Shown here piece after piece: positions 51,601 through 60,413 of a DNA stretch of 64,000 nt. The stretch spans positions 1,056,001-1,120,000 of the forward strand of contig CAXWPH010000015.1 of NCBI GenBank assembly GCA_963666055.2, read 5' to 3'. A program made the translations under genes and the position numbers. Under the pieces are notes generated by a model. It was not told the DNA's origin. It was given only the letters and a program-made list of their open reading frames with translations, and did not search any database. This DNA comes from Acidobacteriota bacterium (GTDB lineage Bacteria; Acidobacteriota; UBA890; WLXD01). Each line of letters begins with the position of its first letter. The first letter of the stretch is position 1.

Positions 51601-52028
51601 GTGCGGTCCGAGACGAAGGCGATCGTCGTCCCGTCGGGCGAGTAGCTGGGCTGGTAGTTGACCGCGACGCCGCTGTTCTGAGTCAGGCACTCGGCAGCGC
51701 CGCCGTCGGCGGAGACTCGGTAGATGTGTCCGAGCAGGTCGAAGACGATCCAGCGGCCGTCGGGCGAGATGTCGACGGACATCCAGGTGCCCTCGCGGGT
51801 CTCGAAGTCGATGGTTCGGGTTCGTCCGCGCGCCGCGGTGACGTCCCACGCCGGGGCATCCTGGCCCGCCGCCTCCTGGCCGGAGCCCTGGACGAGCTCG
51901 TCCACCGACTGCGGTCGATGATCGCGGGCAAAGCCCACTGGCGCCACGCCGACCGCGGTTGCCAGCAACGCCACCGCCGCGAGGGTCGGGGCGAGTCCGA
52001 GCCGTCTCTGGGATCCGTCGTTCTTCAT
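48633..52028 (-). CDS. Secreted amidohydrolase with N-terminal TolB/PD40 propellers
   Basis: EGTWMSVDISPDG, PD40 repeats, PGFIDMHAH and GSIEVGKLADL motifs. Confidence 0.9.
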   Translation of the reverse strand: MKNDGSQRRLGLAPTLAAVALLATAVGVAPVGFARDHRPQSVDELVQGSGQEAAGQDAPAWDVTAARGRTRTIDFETREGTWMSVDISPDGRWIVFDLLGHIYRVSADGGAAECLTQNSGVAVNYQPSYSPDGTTIAFVSDRTNQPNLWLMDSDGSNPRAVFRDDAVRVAKPAWTPDGQYILVQRRPGGIWMYHREGGDGISILGDEFDSAGWPSVSLDSRYLYFDLAKDVGLVGAVGGARQIRRAELSSGEVIKITAGIPNTQIRLSSGGGYAAEISPNGRWLAFARRIPNGTVSFKGHRYGPRTALWLRDLQSGVERLLMDPIENDRVESRGWDVLPGYSWDLEGRSIVISQGGKIRRVDVASGEVSTVPFTASVHRVISERAYAPFRIDDEPFDAKFLRWHTLSPDGSRLAFEAAGRIWVMDRDPESSLQRGEPRRLTPESFEPFELSPAWSPDGRFIAFTSADEAARGHVWKASVEGGAPEQLTETEGEYLNPVWSPSGRDIVAVQGSGVTSHGRGWMFNPYYQLVNVSASGGSAPSEVITMINPPSEVGVYGVSRRSITQPSFGPAGRVYFAEDQENADGDAVVALVSVRRDGGDERVHMTFPYADEIAPSPDGRWVAFQEGDNAYITAFPAFGTGGKPPQIEKRHGNLPVRQVSFEGGMFLRWRSANELEFGSGNRHHLYRVDTREVQSTEARLKLSRRIPDEAIAIALTGARIVTLDGDVVIDSGTVVVRGSRIVCVGECVLDVDRVVDVTGTTIIPGFIDMHAHHHRETRGVIGKKSFEAAVYLAYGVTTDLDNSMWSQNIFTTAELVRSGAILGPRTFSTGPPLYRGDAFRQNEISSYEVAEQNIRRLQSWGAVSLKQYMQPRRDQRQWISDVARKVGLMVTSEGGDLNYNLGMIMDGQTGWEHPLGYLPLYSDVTTFFGRAEATYSVTFGVGFAPWNENYWYAESNVWEDEKLMSWMPWRTILPHARRRPLRPATDYSFPYLAQAVADIIEAGGHGAIGAHGQGHGIAPHWEVWMAASAMGPLGALKLASQQGAYFLGVQEDLGSIEVGKLADLLVLRSNPLDDIRNTADIRYVMQGGILFEAETLDEVWPEQRPYGARPWMEQDALRADDRPIDYWDRRQ

Positions 52029-52169
52029 CCAAGATCTCCTGTGTACGCGTCGAGCTTTGCCGGCCGTGCGTTCCGTTGATGGGGTATCGGTTTCTACTGG
52101 TACGTGAGTAGTAGGAACCTGATATCCCAACGGCCGAGCCTAGCCATGGACCAATGCAGAAGCAACGAG

Positions 52170-52222
52170 ACATGGTTCTTCGCCTACGTCTCCAACGTCA
52201 CCGGACGCTCAGGGACCTACGA
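52170..52222 (+). pseudogene. PD40 repeat remnant
   Basis: WFFAYVSNVTGRSGTY resembles RFFAYVSDEEGQDEVY of the kinase at 16658. Confidence 0.45.
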
Positions 52223-52279
52223 TGGGGGTGGAAAGCTCGATAGTGAAGTACCTCCGAGGGCGAGCCAATCCTCGGCCCG

Positions 52280-52341
52280 TTGGATCTCGTGCGCTCCGGC
52301 GATAGGCTTCAGGCGCTTATCCGCCCTACTGCGGCTGCGCC
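52280..52341 (+). promoter_or_regulatory. Kinase promoter TTGGAT-N17-TAGGCT plus leader
   Basis: Hexamers at 52280-52285 and 52303-52308. Confidence 0.75.
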
Positions 52342-54978
52342 ATGGAACCCGGCACCAAACTTGGCCCCTACAAGATCCTCGAACCGCTCGGTGCGGGCGG
52401 TATGGGGGAGGTGTACCGTGCCCGCGACACGACGTTGGATCGTGATGTTGCGATCAAGGTTCTTCCTGCGGCCCTTTCGACCGATCCGGAGCGCATAGCG
52501 CGCTTCAAGCGGGAAGCTCGCACCCTAGCTGCACTCGACCACCCAGGCATCGTGACCATCTACTCGGTCGAGGACAGCGACGAGCTGCCCTTCATCACGA
52601 TGCAACTGGTGCAGGGCAAGGCGCTCAACAAGCTGATCCCTGAAGGTGGTCTGGCGTCGGACAGGTTCTTCGAGCTCGCCGTTCCGTTGACCGAGGCCGT
52701 CGGCGCTGCGCATCAACACGGAGTGATTCACCGCGACATCAAGCCGGCCAACGTCATGGTGACGGACGACGGTCGGTTGAAGGTGCTGGATTTCGGCATC
52801 GCCAAGCTATTCGAGGGATCCTCGGACGACACGCAGGCAGTTACGGATCTGACACACGCAGGTCAGACCATCGGCACCGTCCCCTATATGTCGCCTGAGC
52901 AGCTGTTGGGCGAGCCCACTGATGCGCGCAGCGACGTGTTCTCGCTCGGGGTGACGCTGTACGAGATGGCCACGGGAACGAGGCCGTTCGACGGCAACAC
53001 GACGGCGGCGGTGTTCGATGCAATCCTCCACCATACGCCGATCTCTGCTGAGCAACTCAACGGGCGACTGTCGCCGCATCTCGGCCAAGTGATCGCACGA
53101 ATGCTCGAGAAGGACCCAGAGGCCCGTTTTCAATCCACTGAGGAGTTGCTGGAGGCTCTCGGGCAGCTGGGGCTCGACGCCAGCCCGGCGCGCAAGTGGG
53201 TCTTCCAAGCGGTAGTCGCAGCGGCGGCGCTGTTGGCCTTCGTTGCTGTCGGGGTTGGTCTCGTCTGGCTGGTTCGGGAATGGCGCGGTGCACCTTCGGA
53301 GCCCACGATACCCGGGCTGGTCAATCCGGTTCAGGTCACGAGCGCAACCGGCGTCGAGGACTATCCGGCTTGGTCGCCGGACGGACGGACGCTCGCATAC
53401 CAGTCCAACCAGGACGGTGATTGGGACATCTGGATCATCCAACCCGGAGGTGGCGGCGCGCTCAACCGCACCGCGGATCACGCCGGCGAAGATCGATATC
53501 CCAGCTATTCACCGGACGGGCAGTCGATCGCGTTCTGGTCCGAGAGAGACGGCGGCGGCTACTTCACCATGGGCGCCTTGGCAGGATTACCTCGCAAGCT
53601 CGTCGACACCGGGCGCCCAGCCGATGTCCGTCATATCCCCATGAGCCCGCCTCAGTGGTCGGGCGACGGGACGCAGTTGTTATACGTGGTGCGCTCCTGG
53701 GCGGACAGCCACGCCGAGATCATGAACCTCGCGTCAGGTTCGACGGTGCGCGTCGACCTTCTGGGCAAGGTCCCCGGCTACGATCCGGTTTGGTCGCCGG
53801 ACGGCTCACATGTTGCCTACGTCGCGGGGTGGCAGCGCGAGTACGAGACCTCGCAGATTCGCATCCTACGGCTCTCTGACCGCGAGAGCTGGGGAATCAC
53901 ATCCGATGCGCTACACCATCTGAGCCCGACGTGGGTGAGCGATAGCATCCTGTGCTACCTCGTCAACCGTGGCTCCAGCATGGATCTGTGGTGCCAGCGC
54001 CTGGACGCAACAGGGCGCCCCGATGGCGAACCCGTCCAGGTCACTGCCGGCGTTGGCATTCGGCAGGCGATGTTCTCGCCTGACAGATCGCGCCTGGCCT
54101 ACTCGAAAGGACGGTTCGTGGCCAACCTCTGGCGCCTGCCGATACTGTCGACCCGCATGGCGACCTGGGCCGATGCCGAGCAGCTCACATTCGATCAGGC
54201 TTGGGTCGAGTTCGTCGACGTATCGCCGGACGCGGCGCACTTGGCAGTCAGCACCGATCGCTCCGGGAACAAGGACATCTGGATGCTGCCAGCGACGGGT
54301 GGCGAGATGCGCCAGCTGACTACCGACATTCGACCCGACTGGTCTCCTCAGTTCTCCCCCGATGGTTTCGAGATTGCCTTCTACGCCTATCGCGATGGCG
54401 CCCGCTCTCTCCGAATCATGCCGACGGCCGGGGGTGCGGCGCTGCCGGTGCCGCTGGTGGGTGTCGGCGAGCAGTTTGTACCGGCCTGGTCGCCAGACGG
54501 GCGCCGTTTAGCTTTCCGCGCCGTAGGTCCCGACTTCAACAACGACATCTACCTGGCGCCACGCGAGGGTGGCACGCCGCTGCGCATGACCGTCCACGAG
54601 GCCGGTGACCATTCGGCCACGTGGTCGCCAGACGGCGACTGGATCGCCTTTGGTTCAAACCGAGGTGATGGGGTGAGAATCTGGCGCGTACCTGTCCAGG
54701 GAGGCCCTCCTGAGGCCTTCAGCGCGCCTGGCCTCGGTTACCACGATTGGTCGCCGGACGGTGCCTACATCTATGCTCTCGGCGTCGATCACTGGGCCGG
54801 TAACGTCTGGGAGATCGATGTGCTTGACGGTGCCGCGCGCCAAGTAACCGACTTGTCTGGTCGGCGCGGCGCACCGGGCAGCGAGGCGCTCGCCACCGAC
54901 GGCAACTACCTCTACTTCACCTGGGAGGAGGCCCTTGGTGACATCTGGATCATGGATGTGGCTCAGGGCGAGGACTAG
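52342..54978 (+). CDS. Ser/Thr protein kinase with TM and TolB/PD40 propellers (different C-terminal subfamily)
   Basis: HRDIKPAN, DFG, YMSPE and many WSPDG repeats. Ends GDIWIMDV. Confidence 0.95.
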   Translation: MEPGTKLGPYKILEPLGAGGMGEVYRARDTTLDRDVAIKVLPAALSTDPERIARFKREARTLAALDHPGIVTIYSVEDSDELPFITMQLVQGKALNKLIPEGGLASDRFFELAVPLTEAVGAAHQHGVIHRDIKPANVMVTDDGRLKVLDFGIAKLFEGSSDDTQAVTDLTHAGQTIGTVPYMSPEQLLGEPTDARSDVFSLGVTLYEMATGTRPFDGNTTAAVFDAILHHTPISAEQLNGRLSPHLGQVIARMLEKDPEARFQSTEELLEALGQLGLDASPARKWVFQAVVAAAALLAFVAVGVGLVWLVREWRGAPSEPTIPGLVNPVQVTSATGVEDYPAWSPDGRTLAYQSNQDGDWDIWIIQPGGGGALNRTADHAGEDRYPSYSPDGQSIAFWSERDGGGYFTMGALAGLPRKLVDTGRPADVRHIPMSPPQWSGDGTQLLYVVRSWADSHAEIMNLASGSTVRVDLLGKVPGYDPVWSPDGSHVAYVAGWQREYETSQIRILRLSDRESWGITSDALHHLSPTWVSDSILCYLVNRGSSMDLWCQRLDATGRPDGEPVQVTAGVGIRQAMFSPDRSRLAYSKGRFVANLWRLPILSTRMATWADAEQLTFDQAWVEFVDVSPDAAHLAVSTDRSGNKDIWMLPATGGEMRQLTTDIRPDWSPQFSPDGFEIAFYAYRDGARSLRIMPTAGGAALPVPLVGVGEQFVPAWSPDGRRLAFRAVGPDFNNDIYLAPREGGTPLRMTVHEAGDHSATWSPDGDWIAFGSNRGDGVRIWRVPVQGGPPEAFSAPGLGYHDWSPDGAYIYALGVDHWAGNVWEIDVLDGAARQVTDLSGRRGAPGSEALATDGNYLYFTWEEALGDIWIMDVAQGED

Positions 54979-55252
54979 CAGGGTGCTGAAGAACTCTGGT
55001 GGGTCTGGTTACGGCGTCGTGGGGCCAGATGCAAGCCGGCGCGACGCAGGCGATGCTTGTCGTATCGTCCAGGAGGGCCAACGCTGCAGATGGCTCCACG
55101 ACGCCGTAACCCGATGGGCACGTGGGGGTTGCTGGCGATCTCAGCGTCAGAGCTCCTCGACGATGACCCTGGCATCGCCCTCGTCGCTCTTCCTTGATCT
55201 CGCCAGCAAGACCCACCTGCCAGACTCATCAGAGTTTTTCAGCACCCTGCTA
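54976..55252. mobile_element. 277-bp TIR element, copy 2
   Basis: 33-bp TIR (30/33) TAGCAGGGTGCTGAA(G/A)AACTCTG.... Starts at the kinase TAG stop. Homologous to 16287-16564. Confidence 0.85.
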
Positions 55253-55418
55253 AGCACCCGCATGGCACCTCCTCGCCGTCACCGGACCAGCAGCGGAGCA
55301 CCTCCCGCTTGAACGTCTCCACATCGACATTCATCGGCAACACGGACCGACAAGGACCCCTGGGCGTTCGGCCGGCACGAGAATATACTCCTACTCCCTC
55401 CTGAGAGGAGTAACAGAG

Positions 55419-56150
55419 GTGGCGAAAACCGAAGAGGAGGCAGTTGGCCGGCGGAAGTTTCTGAAGGGCGCGGCTGCAGCCACCGCTTCGATTGTCGGAC
55501 AAGGACGGGTCGTGGGCGCACAGCAACCCCCTGCAGACGATCATGAGCACCAGACCGTGCCTTCGGATATCGCGCTGCGGGTCAGGGCGCTGGAATCGGT
55601 GCTGGTCGAGAAGGAGATGGTCGACCCCGCGGAGCTCGATGCGCTGATCGATGTCTACGAAAACAAGATCGGTCCCCGCAACGGCGCTCGGGTCGTGGCG
55701 CGTGCCTGGGTCGATCCCGCTTACAAGGCGCGCTTGTTAGCCGACGCCACCGAGGCGATCGCAGAGTTGGGGTATGGCGGTGATGAAGGCGACCACATGG
55801 TGGTGGTCGAGAACGAGCCGAAGGTCCACAACTTGGTGGTGTGCACGCTCTGTTCCTGCTATCCGTGGCCAACGCTTGGCCTCCCACCGGTGTGGTACAA
55901 GTCCGCGGGGTACCGCGCGCAAGCGGTGATCGATCCGCGCGGGGTTCTTCGCGAGTTCGATCTCGAGCTCGCCGCCGACGTCGACGTGCGCGTGTGGGAT
56001 AGCACGGCCGACATTCGCTACCTCGTGTTGCCGGAGCGGCCGGCCGGCACGGCGAACATGACCGAGGAGCAACTCGCTGAGATCGTCACGCGCGACTCGA
56101 TGATCGGCGTCGCAAAGGTCGCGTCGGCGCAAGCGGGAGGCGGCGCGTGA
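55419..56150 (+). CDS. nthA: Cobalt-type nitrile hydratase alpha subunit with Tat-like signal
   Basis: [20 protein letters not shown] and VWDS..RYLVLP.RP motifs. N-terminal [10 protein letters not shown] start after GAGGAG. Confidence 0.95.
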   Translation: MAKTEEEAVGRRKFLKGAAAATASIVGQGRVVGAQQPPADDHEHQTVPSDIALRVRALESVLVEKEMVDPAELDALIDVYENKIGPRNGARVVARAWVDPAYKARLLADATEAIAELGYGGDEGDHMVVVENEPKVHNLVVCTLCSCYPWPTLGLPPVWYKSAGYRAQAVIDPRGVLREFDLELAADVDVRVWDSTADIRYLVLPERPAGTANMTEEQLAEIVTRDSMIGVAKVASAQAGGGA

Positions 56151-56782
56151 ACAGCATCCACGACATGGGTGGGATGGCCGGCATGGGGCCCATCGAGCCG
56201 GAGCCTGACGAGCCCGTGTTTCACCAGGCCTGGGAACGCCGGGTTTTCGCGCTCTCCATGACAATCTCCCTCGGGAGGAGCTTCAGGTTCGAGCTCGAAA
56301 ATATCCCGGCGGCCGACTATTTGCGCATGTCGTATTACGAGCGCTGGTTCACGATACTTGTCAACGGGGTGCTCAGGAACAACCTCGCTACACCCGCCGA
56401 GCTCGAGAGCGGTGAGGCCGACCCGAACCTGCCGCGGCCGGCACCACCGCTGGCGTCGACAGGTGCGTCGCCTGAGTCCGAGCGGCCGGGTGTTCCGGTG
56501 AGCCCGCTGTTCCGTCCGCAGCAGCGCGTGCGCGCCCGCAACATACACGCGCGCGGTCATATACGGCTACCGCGCTACACACGCGGCAAGCGCGGAACCG
56601 TGATCCGGGACCATGGCATCTTCGCCCTGCAGGACACCGCCGAGGATGGACAGAGGCTCGGTGACCGCCCGCAGCACGTGTACACGGTGCAGTTCTCAGC
56701 CCGCGAGCTCTGGGGCGACCGGGGCGTGGCGCGCGACACCGTGTATGTCGACTTGTGGGAGGACTACCTTGAGCCGGCCTGA
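56147..56782 (+). CDS. nthB: Nitrile hydratase beta subunit
   Basis: HDMGGM.GMGP, SYYERW, HIRLPRY.RGK.G and ELWG..D.V.VDLWE.YL motifs. Confidence 0.93.
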   Translation: MNSIHDMGGMAGMGPIEPEPDEPVFHQAWERRVFALSMTISLGRSFRFELENIPAADYLRMSYYERWFTILVNGVLRNNLATPAELESGEADPNLPRPAPPLASTGASPESERPGVPVSPLFRPQQRVRARNIHARGHIRLPRYTRGKRGTVIRDHGIFALQDTAEDGQRLGDRPQHVYTVQFSARELWGDRGVARDTVYVDLWEDYLEPA

Positions 56783-57149
56783 TCGACTGCTCGACCCCGA
56801 GCGCCTCCAGGCCTTGCCGCCGCTTCCTCGAGACGAGGAAGGACCGGTGTTTGCCGAGCCATGGCAGGCCCAGGCGTTCGCCCTCGCTGTGAAGCTCTCT
56901 GAGCAGGGATATTTCACCTGGAAAGAATGGTCGCAGGCACTCGGCGACGAACTAAGGGCGGCCGCGGCCCGCGGCGAGCCAGACGACGGCTCGCGCTACT
57001 ACCACCACTGGGTGGCCGCCCTCGAGCGGCTTGTCACAGAAAAGGGCTTGACGGATTCACCGACGCTCCTGGAGCGGAAGGAGGCCTGGACTGACGCCTA
57101 CCGCCACACGCCTCACGGAGAGCCGGTGGCGCTCCGTCAGTCGGATTGA
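56769..57149 (+). CDS. Nitrile hydratase accessory (P14K-like) protein
   Basis: PVFAEPWQAQAFAL, F.WKEW, YY.HW..ALE and TPHG.P motifs. TTG start overlaps nthB. Confidence 0.9.
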   Translation: MSRPDRLLDPERLQALPPLPRDEEGPVFAEPWQAQAFALAVKLSEQGYFTWKEWSQALGDELRAAAARGEPDDGSRYYHHWVAALERLVTEKGLTDSPTLLERKEAWTDAYRHTPHGEPVALRQSD

Positions 57150-57245
57150 AGCACCTCATGCGCCTTCCGGCGCGAGGGGACTCGTCTTGTGCGTGAGCGA
57201 TCGGTCCAGCGTCTAGCAGACGAGGTCGAGAGGGGAGGACAAAGC

Positions 57246-57899
57246 ATGGGTTTTCGCCAACGTACTTGGTTTGGGCGAACCGCTGTGGCGCGCAAAGTCT
57301 TCGCCACGCTCACGGTCGTGCTCTTGTGTCACCCACACGAAGCCATGGCGCATCACATGATCGGTGGTGCGGTGCCCCGTAGCGTTCTCGGAGGATTCTT
57401 CTCCGGTCTTGCCCATCCGGTCATCGGCCCTGACCATCTCGCGTTCATCCTCGCGGTCGGGATCATCGCGGCGGCTTTCGCGGAAGGAGGCGTCTTTCCG
57501 GTCGTTTTCTTGAGCACCTCCCTGGCAGGCTGTGTGCTTCGCCTGACGGGAGTCAGCGTCGTGGGCGGCGAGGTCGCGGTCGCAGTTACGGTGGTGGCCG
57601 CAGGCGTGTTCCTGGCCGTGGACAGGAAGATTCGCCGGTCGCGGCTCCTGGTCGGCTTGGCGCTCGCCGGAGCCTTTCATGGCTACGCCTATGGCGAATC
57701 GATGGTGGGAGCGGAGCCTACGCCCATCGTCGGCTATTTGCTCGGACTCGCGGTGATCCAGTATGCCGTGGCGATGGGGGCATTCGCAGTTGCACGGCGA
57801 TTCGACGATCGAGCTTTGGCGGGGCGAGACGTGACGATGCGGGCGGCGGGGATCACGGTAGGAATGATCGGAGTGGTCGCATTCGCCCTGGCTCTCTAG
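57246..57899 (+). CDS. HupE/UreJ family Ni/Co transporter
   Basis: AMAHH, SGLAHPVIGPDHL and FHGYAYG motifs. Multiple TM helices. Confidence 0.9.
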   Translation: MGFRQRTWFGRTAVARKVFATLTVVLLCHPHEAMAHHMIGGAVPRSVLGGFFSGLAHPVIGPDHLAFILAVGIIAAAFAEGGVFPVVFLSTSLAGCVLRLTGVSVVGGEVAVAVTVVAAGVFLAVDRKIRRSRLLVGLALAGAFHGYAYGESMVGAEPTPIVGYLLGLAVIQYAVAMGAFAVARRFDDRALAGRDVTMRAAGITVGMIGVVAFALAL

Positions 57900-57974
57900 T
57901 TTCAGGTAACCCAACCCTCTGGTAGGGGATGACGTTGGACCGCCAAATTCTTCTGCCCGATATCTGAGGAGGCT

Positions 57975-59423
57975 GTGATGTGCGTTCGCGCACCGCTGTT
58001 GTTGACGTTGTCGTTGATGGTGCTGCTGATCGTGTTACCGGCGCTGTCTACGGCGGGTGATGCGCGAGAGTCGGAGGTCTCTTCCGAGCAGCGCAATGAA
58101 GAAAAGCCGAACATAGTGCTTGTCGTGATGGACAACTTTGGCTACGGCGAACCAGGGGTCTATGGCGGTGGAGAAATACGCGGGGCGCCGACGCCCAATA
58201 TCGACAGCATCGCCCATGAGGGCTTTCAGCTGACCAACTACAACGTCGACTCCGAGTGCACGCCTACACGCGCAGCGCTGATGACCGGACGGTACTCCAT
58301 GCGCACGCGGCTGCGGCAGGACGGCACGGTGCGATCCGAGTGGTACGGGCTTACCGAGTGGGAGTACACGCTGCCGGAGATGCTGTCGGACGCCGGCTAT
58401 GCTACCGGCATGTTCGGCAAGTGGCATCTGGGCGAGGTCGACGGTCGTTTCCCCACCGATCAGGGGTTCGATGAGTGGTGGGGCATCCCGCGTTCCTCCA
58501 ACGAGGCGTACTGGCCCGACAGCAACTCGGTTCCGGCCGACTTGGATCTGAACTACCAACACGTCATGACCGCGACTCGAGGCGAGCGGCCCACCGTGCT
58601 GGAGGTCTATGACCGCGCCAGGCGAGCGACGATCGACCGCGAGAGCACCGACCGCGCGCTGGAGTTCATCCGCCGCAAGGCGGGAGAAGGACAGCCCTTC
58701 TTCGCCTACTTGCCCTATACGCAAACGCATACACCCCACGACCCCCATCCCGCCACCAAGGGAAGAACGGGCAACGGAAACTTCGCCGACATCCTGGCTC
58801 AGACCGACGAGTACGTGGGCGATCTGCTCGACACGATCGATGAGCTGGGCCTGAAAGACGACACCATCTTCATCTTCACCTCCGACAACGGGGGCTACGG
58901 CGGCATCGAGCGCGAGGGCTTCAACGGACCCTGGCGAGGCGGCATCTACACGAGCTACGAGGGCGCCTATCGGGTGCCGTTCCTGATCCGCTGGCCCGGC
59001 AAGATCCCCGCGATGCGAAAGTCCAACGAGATCGTCCACGCAATGGACGTCTACGCCACGCTGGCCGCGTTCGTGGGCGCCGAAATGCCCACCGACCGGG
59101 TGATGGACAGCGCCGATTACTCCGACTTCCTGATGGGCAAGACCGACAAGCCCGCCCGCGAGTCGCTCGTCCTGTATGTGGGCAACGAGGTCTACGGCGC
59201 TAAGTGGCGTAACTGGAAGATGCTGTACAAGGAAATCGAGCGCATCGGGCAGCCGATCACCATCCGAACTCGACCCGCCTACTACAACTTGCTGAAGGAC
59301 CCGAAGGAGCAAGAGCCTCTTCGCCACCAGTTCCAGGACAGCTGGGCGGCAACGCCCCTGAACCGGGCGGTGCGGGAGCACCGCGCATCGCTGGCCGCGG
59401 ACCCGGGAACGCCTGATCCCTAG
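57975..59423 (+). CDS. Arylsulfatase
   Basis: CTPTR, GKWHLG, PH.PH and SDNG motifs. Signal peptide. Confidence 0.92.
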   Translation: MMCVRAPLLLTLSLMVLLIVLPALSTAGDARESEVSSEQRNEEKPNIVLVVMDNFGYGEPGVYGGGEIRGAPTPNIDSIAHEGFQLTNYNVDSECTPTRAALMTGRYSMRTRLRQDGTVRSEWYGLTEWEYTLPEMLSDAGYATGMFGKWHLGEVDGRFPTDQGFDEWWGIPRSSNEAYWPDSNSVPADLDLNYQHVMTATRGERPTVLEVYDRARRATIDRESTDRALEFIRRKAGEGQPFFAYLPYTQTHTPHDPHPATKGRTGNGNFADILAQTDEYVGDLLDTIDELGLKDDTIFIFTSDNGGYGGIEREGFNGPWRGGIYTSYEGAYRVPFLIRWPGKIPAMRKSNEIVHAMDVYATLAAFVGAEMPTDRVMDSADYSDFLMGKTDKPARESLVLYVGNEVYGAKWRNWKMLYKEIERIGQPITIRTRPAYYNLLKDPKEQEPLRHQFQDSWAATPLNRAVREHRASLAADPGTPDP

Positions 59424-59461
59424 TCGCCGGCCTATTGCGACCGCGATTTGGAGGCCGCACC

Positions 59462-60327
59462 GTGAAGTATCTCGTGTTCACCCTGTTGCTGGCGCTTGCC
59501 GCGGCAATCCCGGCGGCGCAGGTGCCCGAGTACTCCATCGAGGCGATACGGTTCGCGAATTCCCCCGGCGACTCCGTCGCGGACATGGTGATGGGCGCGC
59601 CCAAGGACGAAAGAATCGACACTATCTACGCGTTTTGGCTGATCCGCGGGGGCGGCCGGAACATTCTCTTCGACAGCGGGTTTCACCGCGATCGCTGGTT
59701 CAAGCTATGGACCGTCAAAGACTACCTACGGCCGGATGAAGCGCTGCGCCTTGCCGGAGTGAAGCCGGAAGAGGTCACCGACGTGGTGATCAGCCACGCG
59801 CATTGGGACCATATGGGAGGGATCGACCTTTTTCCGAAGGCCACCGTCTGGATTCAGAGGGAAGAGTTCCGCTACTACACGGGAGAGGCTTGGCAGCCCG
59901 GCGGGAATCACGGCGGGATCGATCCTGACGACGTAAGGGAGCTCGTCCGGATCAACACCGAAGGCCGTCTACGGCTGGTGGACGGCGATGATCAGGAGAT
60001 CATTCCCGGCATCCGGGCATTTACCGGCGCGCGCCACACATACGCTTCGCAGTATCTGCGCGTAGGCGGCAATGCCCCCTTCGTTCTCGCCTCGGACAAC
60101 GTCTATCTGTACCGCAACCTGACGGTCTGTACCGCAACCTGACGGTCTACGCCGCCAGCGCAACCTTCAGCGACGCCGATCATGCCGTAAACGTGGCGGC
60201 TCAGCGGCGTATGATCGAGCTGGCAGGTTCACTCGATCGTGTCGTACCCGGCCACGACGCCCTGCAATTCGAACGCTTCCCGACGGAGGGGCGAATCGCG
60301 CTCATTCGCCCACTCTTGCGGAGATGA
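59462..60327 (+). pseudogene. Secreted metallo-beta-lactamase (AHL-lactonase family), frameshifted by a 20-bp tandem duplication
   Basis: SHAHWDH and GARHT motifs. VPGHD lies out of frame after the duplication. Confidence 0.85.
60107..60146 (+). repeat. Perfect 20-bp tandem duplication CTGTACCGCAACCTGACGGT x2
   Basis: Read directly from the sequence. Confidence 0.95.
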
Positions 60328-60413
60328 TCTGTGACGCCGGTCACCGTACGCCTGGGTACGTCGGAATACGCCCGCGTGAGTTCAGTAGGAAAGGCCTGCG
60401 AGGGATTCGAGCC

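Noticed and set aside
60140-60142. TGA in the lactonase as selenocysteine
   Set aside because: The continuation is in a different frame and is explained by the 20-bp duplication
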